Below are positions 1 to 10,217 of a stretch of DNA of 64,000 nucleotides, piece by piece (position 1 is the stretch's first letter; every line of letters begins with the position of its first letter). The DNA comes from an uncultured Eubacteriales bacterium (GTDB taxonomy: Bacteria; Bacillota; Clostridia; Oscillospirales; Oscillospiraceae): positions 3,063 through 67,062 of the forward strand of contig ONPN01000026.1 in the NCBI GenBank assembly GCA_900319695.1. Direction: 5' to 3'. Below the pieces are notes generated by a model. The model ran no database searches. It was given only the letters and a program-made list of their open reading frames with translations, and was not told the origin of the DNA. Both the position numbers and the translations under genes were made by a program.

Positions 1-1233
1 CTGCTCGCTGAGCTCGGCAATGAGACTGCGGCGCAGCTCGTTGATCGCGGCGGCGGGCAGGAAGAGGCCCGGATCGGTCTGGGCGCGGTTTTCCACCACG
101 TTGTAGGGCGTGCCGCCGGTCTTGAACATCTGTTCGGTGAGGTAGCCGGCGCTCAGGCCCTGGCCGCGCGCCTTCTCCGGCACACGCCCGGAGGCTGCGG
201 CCTTGTGGCCCTCGTCGTCAAAGGCGATGGCGCGGATGGGCTGCTTGCTCTCGGCTACGGTGTAGAAGTGGACGGGTACGCGCCGCCGCTCACCGTCGGA
301 ATAGCCCTTGCGGGCCTGGGCGAAGAGCTGCCCGACGTCGGGATCGCTCTCGCCGCGCACACCGAACATGTCCTCCTGATCGCCGTTGAAGTAACCCTGC
401 GTAAAGCCCTGGCGGGAGAAGGCCCGCTCCAGATCCTGCATCTCCTCGGGCGTGGGCTGGCGGTGCTCCTTGAGGGCGTTGGCGTAAATGCGGGTGACGA
501 TGGCCGTGTACTCGGGCCGCTTCATGCGCCCTTCGATCTTGATGCAGGACACGCCCGCGTCCTCGATCTCCTCCAGCCTGTCGATCAGGCAGTTGTCCTT
601 GAGGGAGAGAGGGTGGTCGTCCATGCGCCCGCCGAGGGAGTACTGCAGGCGGCAGGGCTGGGCGCACATGCCCCGGTTGCCGCTGCGCTGGCCGATCAGA
701 GCCGACATATAGCACTGGCCCGAGTGGCAGAAGCACAGCGCCCCGTGTACAAAAATCTCCGTCTCGATAGGGGCGTTCTGTGTGATATAGCGGATCTGGT
801 CGAGATTCAGCTCGCGCGCCAGCACCGCCCGCGTCAGGCCGAGCTCCGCCGCCGCCTCCACGCCCGCGAGATTGTGTATCGACATCTGCGTGCTCGCGTG
901 CAGGGGAATGTCCGGCAGATACTGGCGGATGGCCGAGATGAGTCCCAGATCCTGGATGATGATGCCGTCGGCCCCGACCTCGGAGACGAGCCGGGCTGTC
1001 TGAAGCGCGGCTTCGACCTCGCGGTCGTTGACCAGGGTGTTGAGCGTGACGTAGACCTTGCAGCCGCGGATGCGGCAATAGCGCACCGCGCGCTCAAACT
1101 CCTCGTCAGTGAAATTCTTGGCGCCGCGCCGCGCGTTGAAGTTGCCGAGGCCCATATAGACAGCGTCCGCGCCGTTCTGCACCGCGGCGATCACAGCCTC
1201 GGGAGAACCGGCGGGCGATAATAATTCCAACAT
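1..1233 (-). CDS. U32 family peptidase (collagenase-like); partial, gene continues past left edge
   Basis: Own minus-strand translation from ATG at 1233: MLELLSPAGSPEAVIAAVQNGADAVYMGLGNFNARR... It contains the U32 signature EIFVHGALCFCHSGQCYMS and stays open to position 1 (411 codons). It is absent from the ORF track because there is no stop in the window. Confidence 0.85.
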   Translation of the reverse strand, partial: MLELLSPAGSPEAVIAAVQNGADAVYMGLGNFNARRGAKNFTDEEFERAVRYCRIRGCKVYVTLNTLVNDREVEAALQTARLVSEVGADGIIIQDLGLISAIRQYLPDIPLHASTQMSIHNLAGVEAAAELGLTRAVLARELNLDQIRYITQNAPIETEIFVHGALCFCHSGQCYMSALIGQRSGNRGMCAQPCRLQYSLGGRMDDHPLSLKDNCLIDRLEEIEDAGVSCIKIEGRMKRPEYTAIVTRIYANALKEHRQPTPEEMQDLERAFSRQGFTQGYFNGDQEDMFGVRGESDPDVGQLFAQARKGYSDGERRRVPVHFYTVAESKQPIRAIAFDDEGHKAAASGRVPEKARGQGLSAGYLTEQMFKTGGTPYNVVENRAQTDPGLFLPAAAINELRRSLIAELSEQ

Positions 1234-1303
1234 GTCTCTCTTGATGCTCCTCTGTAAACATTGAACATAAAAATACAGAGTAATTATAGCACATTGTCAA
1301 GTC

Positions 1304-1332
1304 TTGCGGCAAGGGGGAAGTCGTGATATAAT
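1304..1332 (+). promoter_or_regulatory. sigma-A-like promoter upstream of dnaD-like gene
   Basis: TTGCGG, 17-nt spacer, TATAAT with an extended -10 TGa, about 45 nt upstream of the GAGGAGG RBS and ATG 1379. Confidence 0.45.
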
Positions 1333-1378
1333 AAGGCTCTAACGTGAACAATGCGTGAATTATGAGGAGGTGACCCGC

Positions 1379-2275
1379 ATGCAGGACAATTTGATCTCCC
1401 CCGCCGCGCTCGACCGGCTGATCGCGGCACACGACGGCGACGTGGCCCTGCTGTGGCTCTACCGCCTGAAAAATCCCGACGGCGACCTCGAGGACGCGGC
1501 CCGCGCCCTCTGCCGCACGCTCCGGGAGATCGAGGCCGCCTCCGAAAAGCTCTCCCGGCTCGAGCTTTCGGACGCGCCGGTGATCGTCCCGCCGAAGCCT
1601 GAGCCGCCTCCCCCCGCCCCGGCGGACGAGTCGCCGGAGTACACGGCGAAGGACATCGCCGCAAGGAGCAGGGAGGATCCGCGCTTCGCCGCCATCATCA
1701 CGGAGGCCCAGCGCGTATTGGGACGCCTGCTTTCCACCGGGGACCTCAAAAAGCTCTTCGGCCTCTACGACTACCTTGCCCTGCCGCCGGAGGTACTGAT
1801 GATGCTGCTCAACTACTGTGTCAGCCTCTACCCCGCCGGCAATCCCCCCTCCATGCGCCAGATCGAAAAGGAGGGCTACGTCTGGGCAAACCGCGAGATC
1901 CTGACGATCGAGCAGGCGGAGGAGTACATCGCCGCGAGCTCCCACAGGCGGGACAAGCTCAGCCGCATGGCGCGTCTGCTCGGCATCCAGGGCCGGGCTT
2001 TGAGCGGGCCCGAGACCAAGTTTCTGACCTCGTGGCTCGACATGGGCTTTGACGAGGAACTGATCGAGCTTGCCTGTGAGAAGACCGTCGCCAACACAGG
2101 CGGCGTCAAGTTGGGCTACATGAACGGCATCCTCAAGAGCTGGCACGAGAAGGGCATCCACACGCCCGCCGACGTGCGCGACAAGGACAGCCGCCGCACC
2201 GGCGGGAAGAGCCCTCAACGGGCGGATGAGCCTATTGACCTGAGTGATCTGAAATCTTTGCTTAAATCCAAATAG
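1379..2275 (+). CDS. DnaD-domain replication initiation/primosome protein
   Basis: ORF 1355..2275; start moved to ATG 1379 behind a GAGGAGG RBS. The C-terminal repeats (LFGLYDYLALPPEVLMMLLNYC..., KLGYMNGILKSWHEKGIHT) are typical of the DnaD/DnaB_2 domain. A helicase-loader ATPase follows. Confidence 0.8.
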   Translation: MQDNLISPAALDRLIAAHDGDVALLWLYRLKNPDGDLEDAARALCRTLREIEAASEKLSRLELSDAPVIVPPKPEPPPPAPADESPEYTAKDIAARSREDPRFAAIITEAQRVLGRLLSTGDLKKLFGLYDYLALPPEVLMMLLNYCVSLYPAGNPPSMRQIEKEGYVWANREILTIEQAEEYIAASSHRRDKLSRMARLLGIQGRALSGPETKFLTSWLDMGFDEELIELACEKTVANTGGVKLGYMNGILKSWHEKGIHTPADVRDKDSRRTGGKSPQRADEPIDLSDLKSLLKSK

Positions 2276-2292
2276 TACTTTCGGGTGATACA

Positions 2293-3291
2293 ATGAAATA
2301 TGACGGAAAGCTCCTTGCCCGGGCGAGGGGCGAGCTTGAAAATATCCGCGCGCGCAACCGGGATGAGATGCAGCGCCGCTATACCGAGGTCTGCGTCCGC
2401 GTGCCAGAGCTGCGCAGCATCGACGCAAAACTGCGCGCCCACATGGCCCAGCTCGTGAAGCTGACCATTTCGCGTGCGCCCGACCTCAAGGAGAAAATCG
2501 ACGCGATCAAGGAGGAAAACCTCGACCTCCAGATGCGCCGGGCGGAGCTGCTGACCGAGGCAGGCTTCGGCGAGCACTACCTGGACGAGATCGTCTCTTG
2601 TCCCCTCTGCCGCGACACCGGCCTCTATCAAAACGGGGTCTGCCAATGCCTCGACCGTCTCTATAACCGGGAGCTGACGAAGGAGCTCGGCACGCTCATG
2701 CGCCGAGGAGATGAGAGCTTTGAAAAATTTGACCTCACACTTTATCCGACAAAGGTCGATCCTCGTACGGGGGTGCCGCAGCGGGAAACCATGCAGTCTA
2801 TCTGTGAAGTTTGCAGACAGTATGCCGAGGACTTTTCCCATCACTCCCCTAATCTTCGCTTTCAGGGGGAGACGGGCCTCGGCAAGACCTATCTCTCGGC
2901 CTGCATCGCCCGCGTGGTGGCCTCCCGGGGCTTCTCGGTCTGCTACGACACCGCCGCCTCGGCTTTGGAAAATTATGAGCTGGCCAAGTTCCAGCGCGAC
3001 ACTGAGGAGGGTGAGGCCGCCGCACTGCGCATCAGGCGTATGGAGAGCTGCGACCTTATGATCCTCGACGACCTGGGCACCGAGATGGCCGCACCCATGG
3101 CTCAGAGCGCTCTGTACACTCTTGTTAACAACCGCCTGGTGAACGGGCGACCGACCATCATAAGCACCAATCTTACGGATGACGAGCTGAAAAGGCGCTA
3201 TACCCCGCAGATTGCCTCGCGTATTCTGGGTGAGTTTCTCTATCTGCCCTTTGTGGGTGTGGACATCCGCAGAATGAAACGTGGCGTGTGA
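2293..3291 (+). CDS. DnaC/DnaI-like replicative helicase loader ATPase
   Basis: Walker A GETGLGKTYL, Walker B LMILDDLG, and an N-terminal Cys cluster CPLCRDTG..CQC, as in DnaI. It is adjacent to the DnaD-domain gene. Confidence 0.8.
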   Translation: MKYDGKLLARARGELENIRARNRDEMQRRYTEVCVRVPELRSIDAKLRAHMAQLVKLTISRAPDLKEKIDAIKEENLDLQMRRAELLTEAGFGEHYLDEIVSCPLCRDTGLYQNGVCQCLDRLYNRELTKELGTLMRRGDESFEKFDLTLYPTKVDPRTGVPQRETMQSICEVCRQYAEDFSHHSPNLRFQGETGLGKTYLSACIARVVASRGFSVCYDTAASALENYELAKFQRDTEEGEAAALRIRRMESCDLMILDDLGTEMAAPMAQSALYTLVNNRLVNGRPTIISTNLTDDELKRRYTPQIASRILGEFLYLPFVGVDIRRMKRGV

Positions 3292-3405
3292 CAGATGAAG
3301 GTTCACGGCGTAGGGGACGTTCACGAACGGCCCGTGCGGTACGACGTGCGTTATGCGGATTCGCCCCAACATACAATATATATTCTATTGAAAGACGGTT
3401 TTTCC

Positions 3406-4086
3406 ATGTTCACAGGCTTCACCGAAAAAACCGGCGCGTTCCTCTGGGAGCTCGCCTTTCATAACGAGCGGCCCTGGTTTCTTGCCCACAAGCAGGAATT
3501 TGAGGACTGCGTCAACACGCCCTTCAAGGCTCTGGCGGCGGATTCCGTCGCACTGATGAATGAACGCTTCCCCGATTTTGAGGGGGCTGTGCATCTGTCC
3601 CGCATCTACCGCGACGCGCGGCGGCTCTTCGGGCGCGGGCCGTACAAAGACCACCTGTGGTTCACGGCGGCGGACAGCCAGGCCCTGCGCGACGGGCCGG
3701 CCTTCTGGTTTGAGATCGGACCCGCCGCGTACGCCATCGGTATGGGCTTTTACACCGTGACGCCTGCGCAGATGGCGGCCTTCCGTTCGGGCATCGACGC
3801 CAATCCCAGCCGCTTTCGCCGTCTCGCCCAGGGGCTTGCGCGCAAGGGCTGGACCCCGAGCGGGGAGCCCTATAAGCGCCCCAAGGCCCTGCACGATGAT
3901 CCCCTGCTCGACGACTGGTACAACCGCCGCTGGGTGGGGGCGGAGAAGAGCTTCGACTGGGGCGCCCCGGCCTACAGCGAGGAGCTGACACAAGTCCTGA
4001 TTAACGCCTGGGCCGAGCTCATGCCCATGTATCTTTACCTTTTGGAAGTCTACCACGCCTGTCCCCCTGAAGCGGGCAAGCACTGA
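3406..4086 (+). CDS. DUF2461 (TIGR02453) family protein
   Basis: ORF 3295..4086; start moved to ATG 3406 (MFTGFTEKTGAFLWELAFHNERPWF...RIYRDARRLFGRGPYKDHLWF), which matches the family pattern. Confidence 0.7.
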   Translation: MFTGFTEKTGAFLWELAFHNERPWFLAHKQEFEDCVNTPFKALAADSVALMNERFPDFEGAVHLSRIYRDARRLFGRGPYKDHLWFTAADSQALRDGPAFWFEIGPAAYAIGMGFYTVTPAQMAAFRSGIDANPSRFRRLAQGLARKGWTPSGEPYKRPKALHDDPLLDDWYNRRWVGAEKSFDWGAPAYSEELTQVLINAWAELMPMYLYLLEVYHACPPEAGKH

Positions 4087-4106
4087 AACGATTCGGAGGT
4101 CTGCCC

Positions 4107-5150
4107 ATGCAAGGCGTCCCTGCCCCGCGCGCGGCGGTTATCATGCCCGCCTACAACGCGGCTTCGACAATTGAACGCACCGTGAAAAGCATCCTCGCCC
4201 AGACCATGGGCGACCTGCTGCTCATCGCGGTGGACGACGGCTCGACCGACGAAACCGCCGTGATCCTCGCCCGCCTGCGGGAGGAGGACAGCCGCGTCCT
4301 GCCCGTGAGCGTCCCGAACGGCGGCCCGGCGCAGGCGCGCAACATCGGCCTTGAGCATGTCCCGCAGGGGACGGAATACATCCTCTTCTCCGACGCGGAC
4401 GATCTGCTTTCCCACGATGCGCTTGCGTACGCCATCGAAAACGCCGGGGACGCCGACCTCGTGCTCATGGGCTTTTCGATCCTGAACCCGGACGGCAGCG
4501 AGGCCGGGTACTTTGAGCCCGCCGCCCGCTATACGCCCGAGACCATCGGAGCACACCTGGGGCGGATATACAAAGCCAACCTCCTGAACCAGGTCTGGGG
4601 CAAGCTGTTCCGCGCCGGGCTGGTGCTGGAAAACAACATCCGCTTCCAGGACTACCGCTGGGGCGAGGACCGGCTTTTCATCTACGACTGCCTCGAGCGC
4701 GCCGGGACGGTGGCGGTGCTGCCTGCGTGCAAGTATCAGTACATCATGTACCCAGGCGAGAGCCTGATTACCCGCTACTATGACAAAAAGCTGGAGGTCT
4801 GCTGCCTCGCCGACAGCCGCATGGAAACCCTCTGCCGCCGCTTTCATGTGACGGACGAGCGGGACTTCCGCTACATGTTTATGAAAAGCGTCTTTTCCTG
4901 CCTGACCACGCTGTTTTCCCCCAAGTGCACGCTGACAGCGGCGCAGAAGCGGGCGGAGATTCGCCGTGCCGTGGAAAACGAACAGGTACAGGCGCGCAGC
5001 CGGGACGTCTTCGGCGGAATGGCGGTGCAGGCCCTCTGCGCGGTGATCCGCACAAAAAATGTCCCGCTCAACTACGCGGCGTTTTGCGCCGTCGCCCGCG
5101 CGGGCACGATTGCCCCGGCGCTGTTTACAAAGCTGAAACACAGAAAATAA
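4107..5150 (+). CDS. Family 2 glycosyltransferase
   Basis: N-terminal GT2 motifs: AVIMPAYNAASTIERTVKSIL, then VDDGSTDET, then SDADD. Confidence 0.85.
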   Translation: MQGVPAPRAAVIMPAYNAASTIERTVKSILAQTMGDLLLIAVDDGSTDETAVILARLREEDSRVLPVSVPNGGPAQARNIGLEHVPQGTEYILFSDADDLLSHDALAYAIENAGDADLVLMGFSILNPDGSEAGYFEPAARYTPETIGAHLGRIYKANLLNQVWGKLFRAGLVLENNIRFQDYRWGEDRLFIYDCLERAGTVAVLPACKYQYIMYPGESLITRYYDKKLEVCCLADSRMETLCRRFHVTDERDFRYMFMKSVFSCLTTLFSPKCTLTAAQKRAEIRRAVENEQVQARSRDVFGGMAVQALCAVIRTKNVPLNYAAFCAVARAGTIAPALFTKLKHRK

Positions 5151-5240
5151 GTGTGGAGTTATGGAGCGTCTGCGGCGCAATTAAAAATAGTCGCGAAGCG
5201 ACACCTCAACTCCACACTCCACTCTCAACTCTTCACTCTC
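5151..5240. repeat. GGAGT/ACTCC-armed palindromic intergenic element, copy A
   Basis: gtgtggagttatgg...gtcgcgaagcgac...cacctcaactccacactccactctc. A GGAGT-rich left arm, two short GC hairpins around an AT-rich spacer, and an ACTCC-rich right arm. Same architecture as the copies at 52531, 57164, 58138 and 58913. Confidence 0.8.
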
Positions 5241-5297
5241 ACAGATAAGCTCCGCACGACAGTGACTGCGGAAGCCTGACGACAAGGAGGAAGCTAC

Positions 5298-5708
5298 ATG
5301 CGCACCATGGCCATTGACTACGGCGATCAGCGCATCGGGCTTGCGGTCTCGGATCTGCTGGGGATGCTGGCGGGCGAGGCCTGGACGATGCCGGAATGGG
5401 ATATGGAACGCGCGGCCAGACGCATCGCCGAAGAGGCAAAGGCGCGCGAGGTCGGCACCCTGGTGCTGGGCCTGCCGAAGAACATGGACGGCACGGAGGG
5501 CCCGCGCGCGGAGAAAAGCCGCGCCTTTCGGGAGCTCCTGATCCGCGAGAGCGGCCTGCCCGTCATTCTCTGGGACGAGCGGCGCAGCAGCATCGAGGCC
5601 CATGCCATTCTCCACAGCACCGGAAAGAAGGAGAAGCAGCACCGCAAAACCGTAGACGCGGTCGCCGCCAGCCTGATTTTGGAAGGGTATCTGGACAGCG
5701 GAAGATGA
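5298..5708 (+). CDS. ruvX: Holliday junction resolvase-like nuclease RuvX (YqgF)
   Basis: MRTMAIDYGDQRIGLAVSD...LGLPKNMDGTEGPRAE...WDERRSSIEA is the canonical YqgF pattern; 136 aa. Confidence 0.9.
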   Translation: MRTMAIDYGDQRIGLAVSDLLGMLAGEAWTMPEWDMERAARRIAEEAKAREVGTLVLGLPKNMDGTEGPRAEKSRAFRELLIRESGLPVILWDERRSSIEAHAILHSTGKKEKQHRKTVDAVAASLILEGYLDSGR

Positions 5709-5714
5709 GCGGGG

Positions 5715-5840
5715 CCTTGGCTCCCCTGAAAGGGGAGCTGTCGAGGGAGCGCAGCGAGTGAGACTGAGGGGTTTGTTACCCCTCCGGCTCGCCCCTCGTT
5801 GGTAGAACGGGGCGATCTAACTCCCCTTTCAGGGGAGGCA
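5715..5840. repeat. cluster of short GC-rich REP-like hairpins
   Basis: ctcccctgaaaggggag (5721-5737) and its reverse complement ctcccctttcaggggag (5821-5837) bracket two further hairpins, gaggggtttgttacccctc and cgcccc..ggggcg. Confidence 0.7.
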
Positions 5841-5881
5841 GCATGGTTTTCCTTATAAAAATATAGAAGGGAGAATTCAAA

Positions 5882-6742
5882 ATGGATGTACTCGACGCAA
5901 TGGATGTGGAACAGACTGTACAGCAAACCGTAAACCAGGCCCGTGCCAATCTGAACACACTCACGGGCAACCTCGCGCTTGACACCATCGTCTCCGGCAT
6001 CATTACTTTCCTGGTCTGCTACATCGCCATCCGCATCATCAAGGCGGTCATGGCCAGGATGCTCGCCCGCGCAACCAAGCTGGACGCCCCCGTCAAAAAC
6101 CTCATCGCAAAGCTCGTCACCACCCTGCTCTGGGCGCTGACCATCATCATCGTGGCCGGAGCCTTCGGCATCAACGCCACCTCGCTTGTCGCGGTGCTCA
6201 GCGTGGCCGGTCTTGCTCTGTCGCTGTCGGTGCAGGGCCTGCTGACCAATTTCTTCTCCGGCATCATGCTGCACATCAACAAGCCCTTTAAAGAGGGCGA
6301 CTTCGTGGAGCTGGGCGACAAAGTCGGTTCAGTCAAGAACATCGGCTTTTTCAACACCACCCTCGCCACACTGGACAACGTCTCCATCTCCATCCCGAAC
6401 GGCGATCTGACCGCGGCCGCCGTCAAGAACTACAGCCGCGAGCCGAGACGCCGCGTCGACCTCACCTTCTCCGCCTCCTATGACGCCCCGACCGAGACGG
6501 TCAAAAAGGCCATCCTCGAGGCGATCGCCATGGACTCCCGCATTCTCCCCGACCCCGCGCCCTTTGTCCGTCTGCTCTCCTACGACGCAAGCTCCATCAA
6601 GTATGTGACGCGCGTCTGGGTCAACAACGCCGACTACTGGGACGTGTACTTTGATCTCAACGAGCATGTGCGGGATACCTTCGCGGCCAACGGCGTCGAA
6701 ATGAGCTACGAGCATATCAACGTACATATGCTGGACAAGTAA
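5882..6742 (+). CDS. MscS-family mechanosensitive ion channel
   Basis: TM helices followed by the MscS core: GLLTNFFSGIMLHINKPFKEGDFVELGDKVGSVKNIGFFNTTLATLDN..IPNG. Confidence 0.85.
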   Translation: MDVLDAMDVEQTVQQTVNQARANLNTLTGNLALDTIVSGIITFLVCYIAIRIIKAVMARMLARATKLDAPVKNLIAKLVTTLLWALTIIIVAGAFGINATSLVAVLSVAGLALSLSVQGLLTNFFSGIMLHINKPFKEGDFVELGDKVGSVKNIGFFNTTLATLDNVSISIPNGDLTAAAVKNYSREPRRRVDLTFSASYDAPTETVKKAILEAIAMDSRILPDPAPFVRLLSYDASSIKYVTRVWVNNADYWDVYFDLNEHVRDTFAANGVEMSYEHINVHMLDK

Positions 6743-6875
6743 TCATCCAATAAATAACAAACGGCGGAACCGCCTGTCATCGCTGCGCTTTGGCGATTGT
6801 CAGACAGTTCCGCCTTTATTTTGCCCCGCCGCGCACATACTGATTTTTGTAAAAATTGCGCGGGAGGGAACCTGT

Positions 6876-7868
6876 ATGAAAAAACAGATATTCGCGGGGC
6901 TGTGGGCCCTGCTTTTGCTGTCGGGTCTGACAGGCGCGGCTTATGCCCAAGAGCTCATGGTGGGCGGCCAGGCCGTGGGCATCCAGATCAGCACCGACGG
7001 CGTCTTTGTGGCGGGCTTCTGCCCGGTGGAGACGGAGACGGGCGAGGTCACGCCCGCGGAGGCGGCGGGCATACGCCGGGGCGATCTGATCTGTGGGGCG
7101 GACGGGCGCGAGGTGCCGGACGCCGCGGCGCTCATTGAGGCTCTGGAGGGCGCCGGGGACGAGATCGAACTGACGGTCCGCCGCGGCTCGCAGGAGCTGA
7201 GCGTCCCCGTCGCCCCGGCCTATGGCGAGGAGGGGCGGCCCATGCTGGGCATCCTGCTGCGCGACGGGCTCAACGGCATCGGCACACTCACCTTCTGCGA
7301 CCCCGACAGCGGGGTTTTCGGCGCGCTGGGCCACAGCGTCAGCGACGCCGACACCGGCCTTGCCATCCCCCTGCGGGAGGGCAGCGTCACCGAGGCGCAG
7401 ATCGTCTCCGTCCACCCCGGCGCGGCGGGTGCGCCAGGTGAGCTCAACGGGGTCTCCGACCTCACGCGGGTCCTGGGCAGCGTGGAGCGCAACACCGAGG
7501 TCGGCATCTTCGGCCGCGCCGAGGCGAGGCTCGGTACCCGCCCGGCGGAGATCGGCATGATTACGGCGGGCCCGGCCTCCATCCTTGCCACCGTCGAGGG
7601 GCGCGACGCGCGTGAATACGCGGTGGAGGTCAACCGGGTCTACCGCGACGCGGACGGCACCCACGCCATGTTCAGCGTCACCGATCCCGCTCTGCTGGGG
7701 CGCACCGGAGGCATCGTCCAGGGGATGAGCGGCAGCCCCATTCTGCAAAACGGCAGGCTCGTCGGCGCGGTCACCCACGTTTTTATTTCAGATTCGACGC
7801 GCGGCTACGCGGTCAGCATCCAGGACATGCTCCGCGCCGCCGGGATCGCCATGGACAAGGCGGCATAA
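6876..7868 (+). CDS. spoIVB: SpoIVB peptidase (S55), stage IV sporulation signalling protease
   Basis: Signal peptide, a PDZ-like segment (GIRRGDLI), then the S55 core GIGTLTFCDP..GALGH...GMSGSPILQNGRLVGAVTHV. Confidence 0.85.
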   Translation: MKKQIFAGLWALLLLSGLTGAAYAQELMVGGQAVGIQISTDGVFVAGFCPVETETGEVTPAEAAGIRRGDLICGADGREVPDAAALIEALEGAGDEIELTVRRGSQELSVPVAPAYGEEGRPMLGILLRDGLNGIGTLTFCDPDSGVFGALGHSVSDADTGLAIPLREGSVTEAQIVSVHPGAAGAPGELNGVSDLTRVLGSVERNTEVGIFGRAEARLGTRPAEIGMITAGPASILATVEGRDAREYAVEVNRVYRDADGTHAMFSVTDPALLGRTGGIVQGMSGSPILQNGRLVGAVTHVFISDSTRGYAVSIQDMLRAAGIAMDKAA

Positions 7869-8044
7869 AAATAACGGCGTTTCGGACACATGCTCCGGAC
7901 GCCGCATTTTCATGCCCGCTTAAAGTTTACGCCGACTTTACAACTCCCCTCTTGCGCCGGGGAGCGAAAGATGATAAGCTATACATAAGATTTATCATCC
8001 CCAAATTATCAACTATCATCAATTACAAAGGAGTGCTTGTCATT

Positions 8045-8458
8045 ATGCTTAAAATTATCATGGGTCTGAAGGGGTCCGGCAAGACGAAAATCCTGGTGGG
8101 CCTGGTTTGCACGGCTGTCAACGAGGGCAAGGGTGACGTGATCGTCATTGAGAAAGAACGCAAACTCACCTACGACATCCCCTACCAGGCCCGTCTGATC
8201 GACGCCGGCAGCTACGATATCGGCACCTACGAATTCTTCAAGGGCTTTATCTCCGGTATCCACGCGGGTAACTATGACATCACCCACTTCTTTATTGATA
8301 ATTTCTACAAGCTGGTCAAGGACAAGGATGAGGAGGCCGCCGTCGCTTTCCTCCAGTGGCTGGCCGCCTATTCCGACCGCGAGAACATTGAGTTTGTGGT
8401 CTCTATGAGCTCTGACCGTGAGAAGTGCCCCGAGGCCCTCAAGCCCTACCTGATCTGA
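8045..8458 (+). CDS. hypothetical small P-loop protein
   Basis: ORF 7952..8458; start moved to ATG 8045 behind an AAAGGAG RBS. Walker A-like GLKGSGKT. No family recognised. Confidence 0.5.
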   Translation: MLKIIMGLKGSGKTKILVGLVCTAVNEGKGDVIVIEKERKLTYDIPYQARLIDAGSYDIGTYEFFKGFISGIHAGNYDITHFFIDNFYKLVKDKDEEAAVAFLQWLAAYSDRENIEFVVSMSSDREKCPEALKPYLI

Positions 8459-8474
8459 GCACTGTAACAAATCA

Positions 8475-8504
8475 GCCCCCGCGCCGACCGGCGCGGGGGC
8501 TTTT
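8475..8504. terminator. bidirectional rho-independent terminator
   Basis: gcccccgcgcc-gacc-ggcgcgggggc followed by tttt, between convergent genes (P-loop gene and putP). Confidence 0.8.
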
Positions 8505-8521
8505 GTATGGAAAGCGGTTTA

Positions 8522-10042
8522 TTACACGCTCTCAAACTCTTTGACGATGTCCTTGTCGGGGGCCGGGGTGGCGAGAGACACCAGCACGATCACAAGGCTG
8601 GAGACGATGAACGCGGGCAGCAGCTCATAGATGTTGAAGGCGCCGCCGAGGGGACGGATCAGATACTTCCACACGAAAATCATGATCATGCCGGAGGCCA
8701 TGCCGGCGATAGCGCCCTGCTTGTTGCAGCGCTTCCAGAACAGGGCAAAGAGCACTACCGGGCCGAAGGTCGCGCCGAAGCCGGCCCAGGCGAAGGACAC
8801 CACGCGGAAGATGGAGCTGTTGGGATCGGCGGCAAAGATCACGCCGAGGATGGCCACACCGATAACGGTGAGGCGGGCAATGAGCATGTTCTTCTTGTCG
8901 TCGAGCTTGATGCCCATGACGTCGTTGAGCAGGTTATGGGTCACGCCGGAGGCCGCGCCCAGGAGCTGGGCGTCGGCGGTGGACATGGTGGCGGCCAGAA
9001 TACCCGCCAGAATGAAGCCGCCGATGATGGCGGGGAAGACGCCCTTCTGGGCGATCAGGTGGGCGACATTGACGATCATATTCTCTGCCTCGGGCTCGCT
9101 GCCGTAGGCGTTCAGTGCGCCGGACTTGACCATGCCGAAGCCGACAAGGCCGATCACAACGGCCACGCCCAGAGAGATCACGCACCAGATCGAACCGACG
9201 CGGCGGGAGAGGCTGAGCTTGTTTTCATCGTCAACCGCCATGAAGTGTACCAGAATGTGGGGCATGCCGAAATAGCCGAGGCCCCAGGCCAGGGTGGAGA
9301 CGATCATGACAAAGGTGTAGGGGCCGGCCGCTGTGCTGTTGATGTCGGTGCTGGCAAAGAGGCTGAGATAGCCGGGGACGGAGCGGGCGTTGTCCATGAC
9401 GGCGCCCCAGCCGCCGGCGGCGTTGATGCCGAAGAAGCAGACGACGATCAGCGCGAAGGTCATGACGATGGACTGAATCAGGCTCGTCACCGAAGCCGCC
9501 ATAAAGCCGCCGAGCGCGCAGTAAGCGACGATGACCGCCGCCGAGATGATCATGGCGGGCATGTAGTCAAAGCCGAAGAGGCTGTTGAACAGCTTACCGC
9601 AGGCGGCAAAGCCGGAGGCCGTGTAGGGTACGAAGAAGACGATGATGGTCAGTGCGCCGATGATCTCAATGAGCTTGGTGTTGTCGCGGAAGCGCGCGGC
9701 CAGGAAGTCGGGCACGGTGATGGAATGGAGCTTTGCCGAGTAGCGGCGCAGACGTTTGGCGACGATCAGCCAGTTGAGCCAGGTGCCGATCGACAGACCG
9801 ATGGCGGTCCAGCTCGCCTCGGCCACGCCGCAGAACAGCGCCAGACCCGGCACGCCCATCAACAGGTAGGCGCTCATGTCCGAGGCCTCTGTGCTCATGG
9901 CGGTCACGATGGGGCCGAGCTTTCTGCCGCCGAGATAGAAATCTTCGGAGGTCTTGTTGTTTGAGTACTTAAAGCCGATGGCAAGCATACCGACAAGGTA
10001 GACGCCGATGGCAAGCAGAATAATGATACTGGTTGTGGTCAT
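8522..10042 (-). CDS. putP: sodium:proline symporter (SSS family)
   Basis: 506 aa, about 13 TM segments. The N-terminus DFYLGGRKLGPIVTAMSTEASDMSAYLLMGVPG is typical of PutP/SSS. Confidence 0.8.
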   Translation of the reverse strand: MTTTSIIILLAIGVYLVGMLAIGFKYSNNKTSEDFYLGGRKLGPIVTAMSTEASDMSAYLLMGVPGLALFCGVAEASWTAIGLSIGTWLNWLIVAKRLRRYSAKLHSITVPDFLAARFRDNTKLIEIIGALTIIVFFVPYTASGFAACGKLFNSLFGFDYMPAMIISAAVIVAYCALGGFMAASVTSLIQSIVMTFALIVVCFFGINAAGGWGAVMDNARSVPGYLSLFASTDINSTAAGPYTFVMIVSTLAWGLGYFGMPHILVHFMAVDDENKLSLSRRVGSIWCVISLGVAVVIGLVGFGMVKSGALNAYGSEPEAENMIVNVAHLIAQKGVFPAIIGGFILAGILAATMSTADAQLLGAASGVTHNLLNDVMGIKLDDKKNMLIARLTVIGVAILGVIFAADPNSSIFRVVSFAWAGFGATFGPVVLFALFWKRCNKQGAIAGMASGMIMIFVWKYLIRPLGGAFNIYELLPAFIVSSLVIVLVSLATPAPDKDIVKEFESV

Positions 10043-10171
10043 GTGAACGAACCTCTCTTTTCAAGGAATGACTGGATTATAAAACAAACGGAATAATCTT
10101 CAATGGTGAATTTCCCCAAAAACACTTGATTGTTCAAAATTTTTTCATATAATAGAAAAGAACAACATTCG

Positions 10172-10189
10172 TTTCATGTTAGCATGAAA
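10172..10189. promoter_or_regulatory. palindromic candidate LysR-type operator in the putP/lysR divergent region
   Basis: tttcatg-ttag-catgaaa is a perfect 7-bp inverted repeat (T-N11-A style). It is flanked by the direct repeat aaaattttcatataa at about 10138 and 10188. Confidence 0.35.
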
Positions 10190-10217
10190 AATTTTCATAT
10201 AAAGGCGGGATACGCAC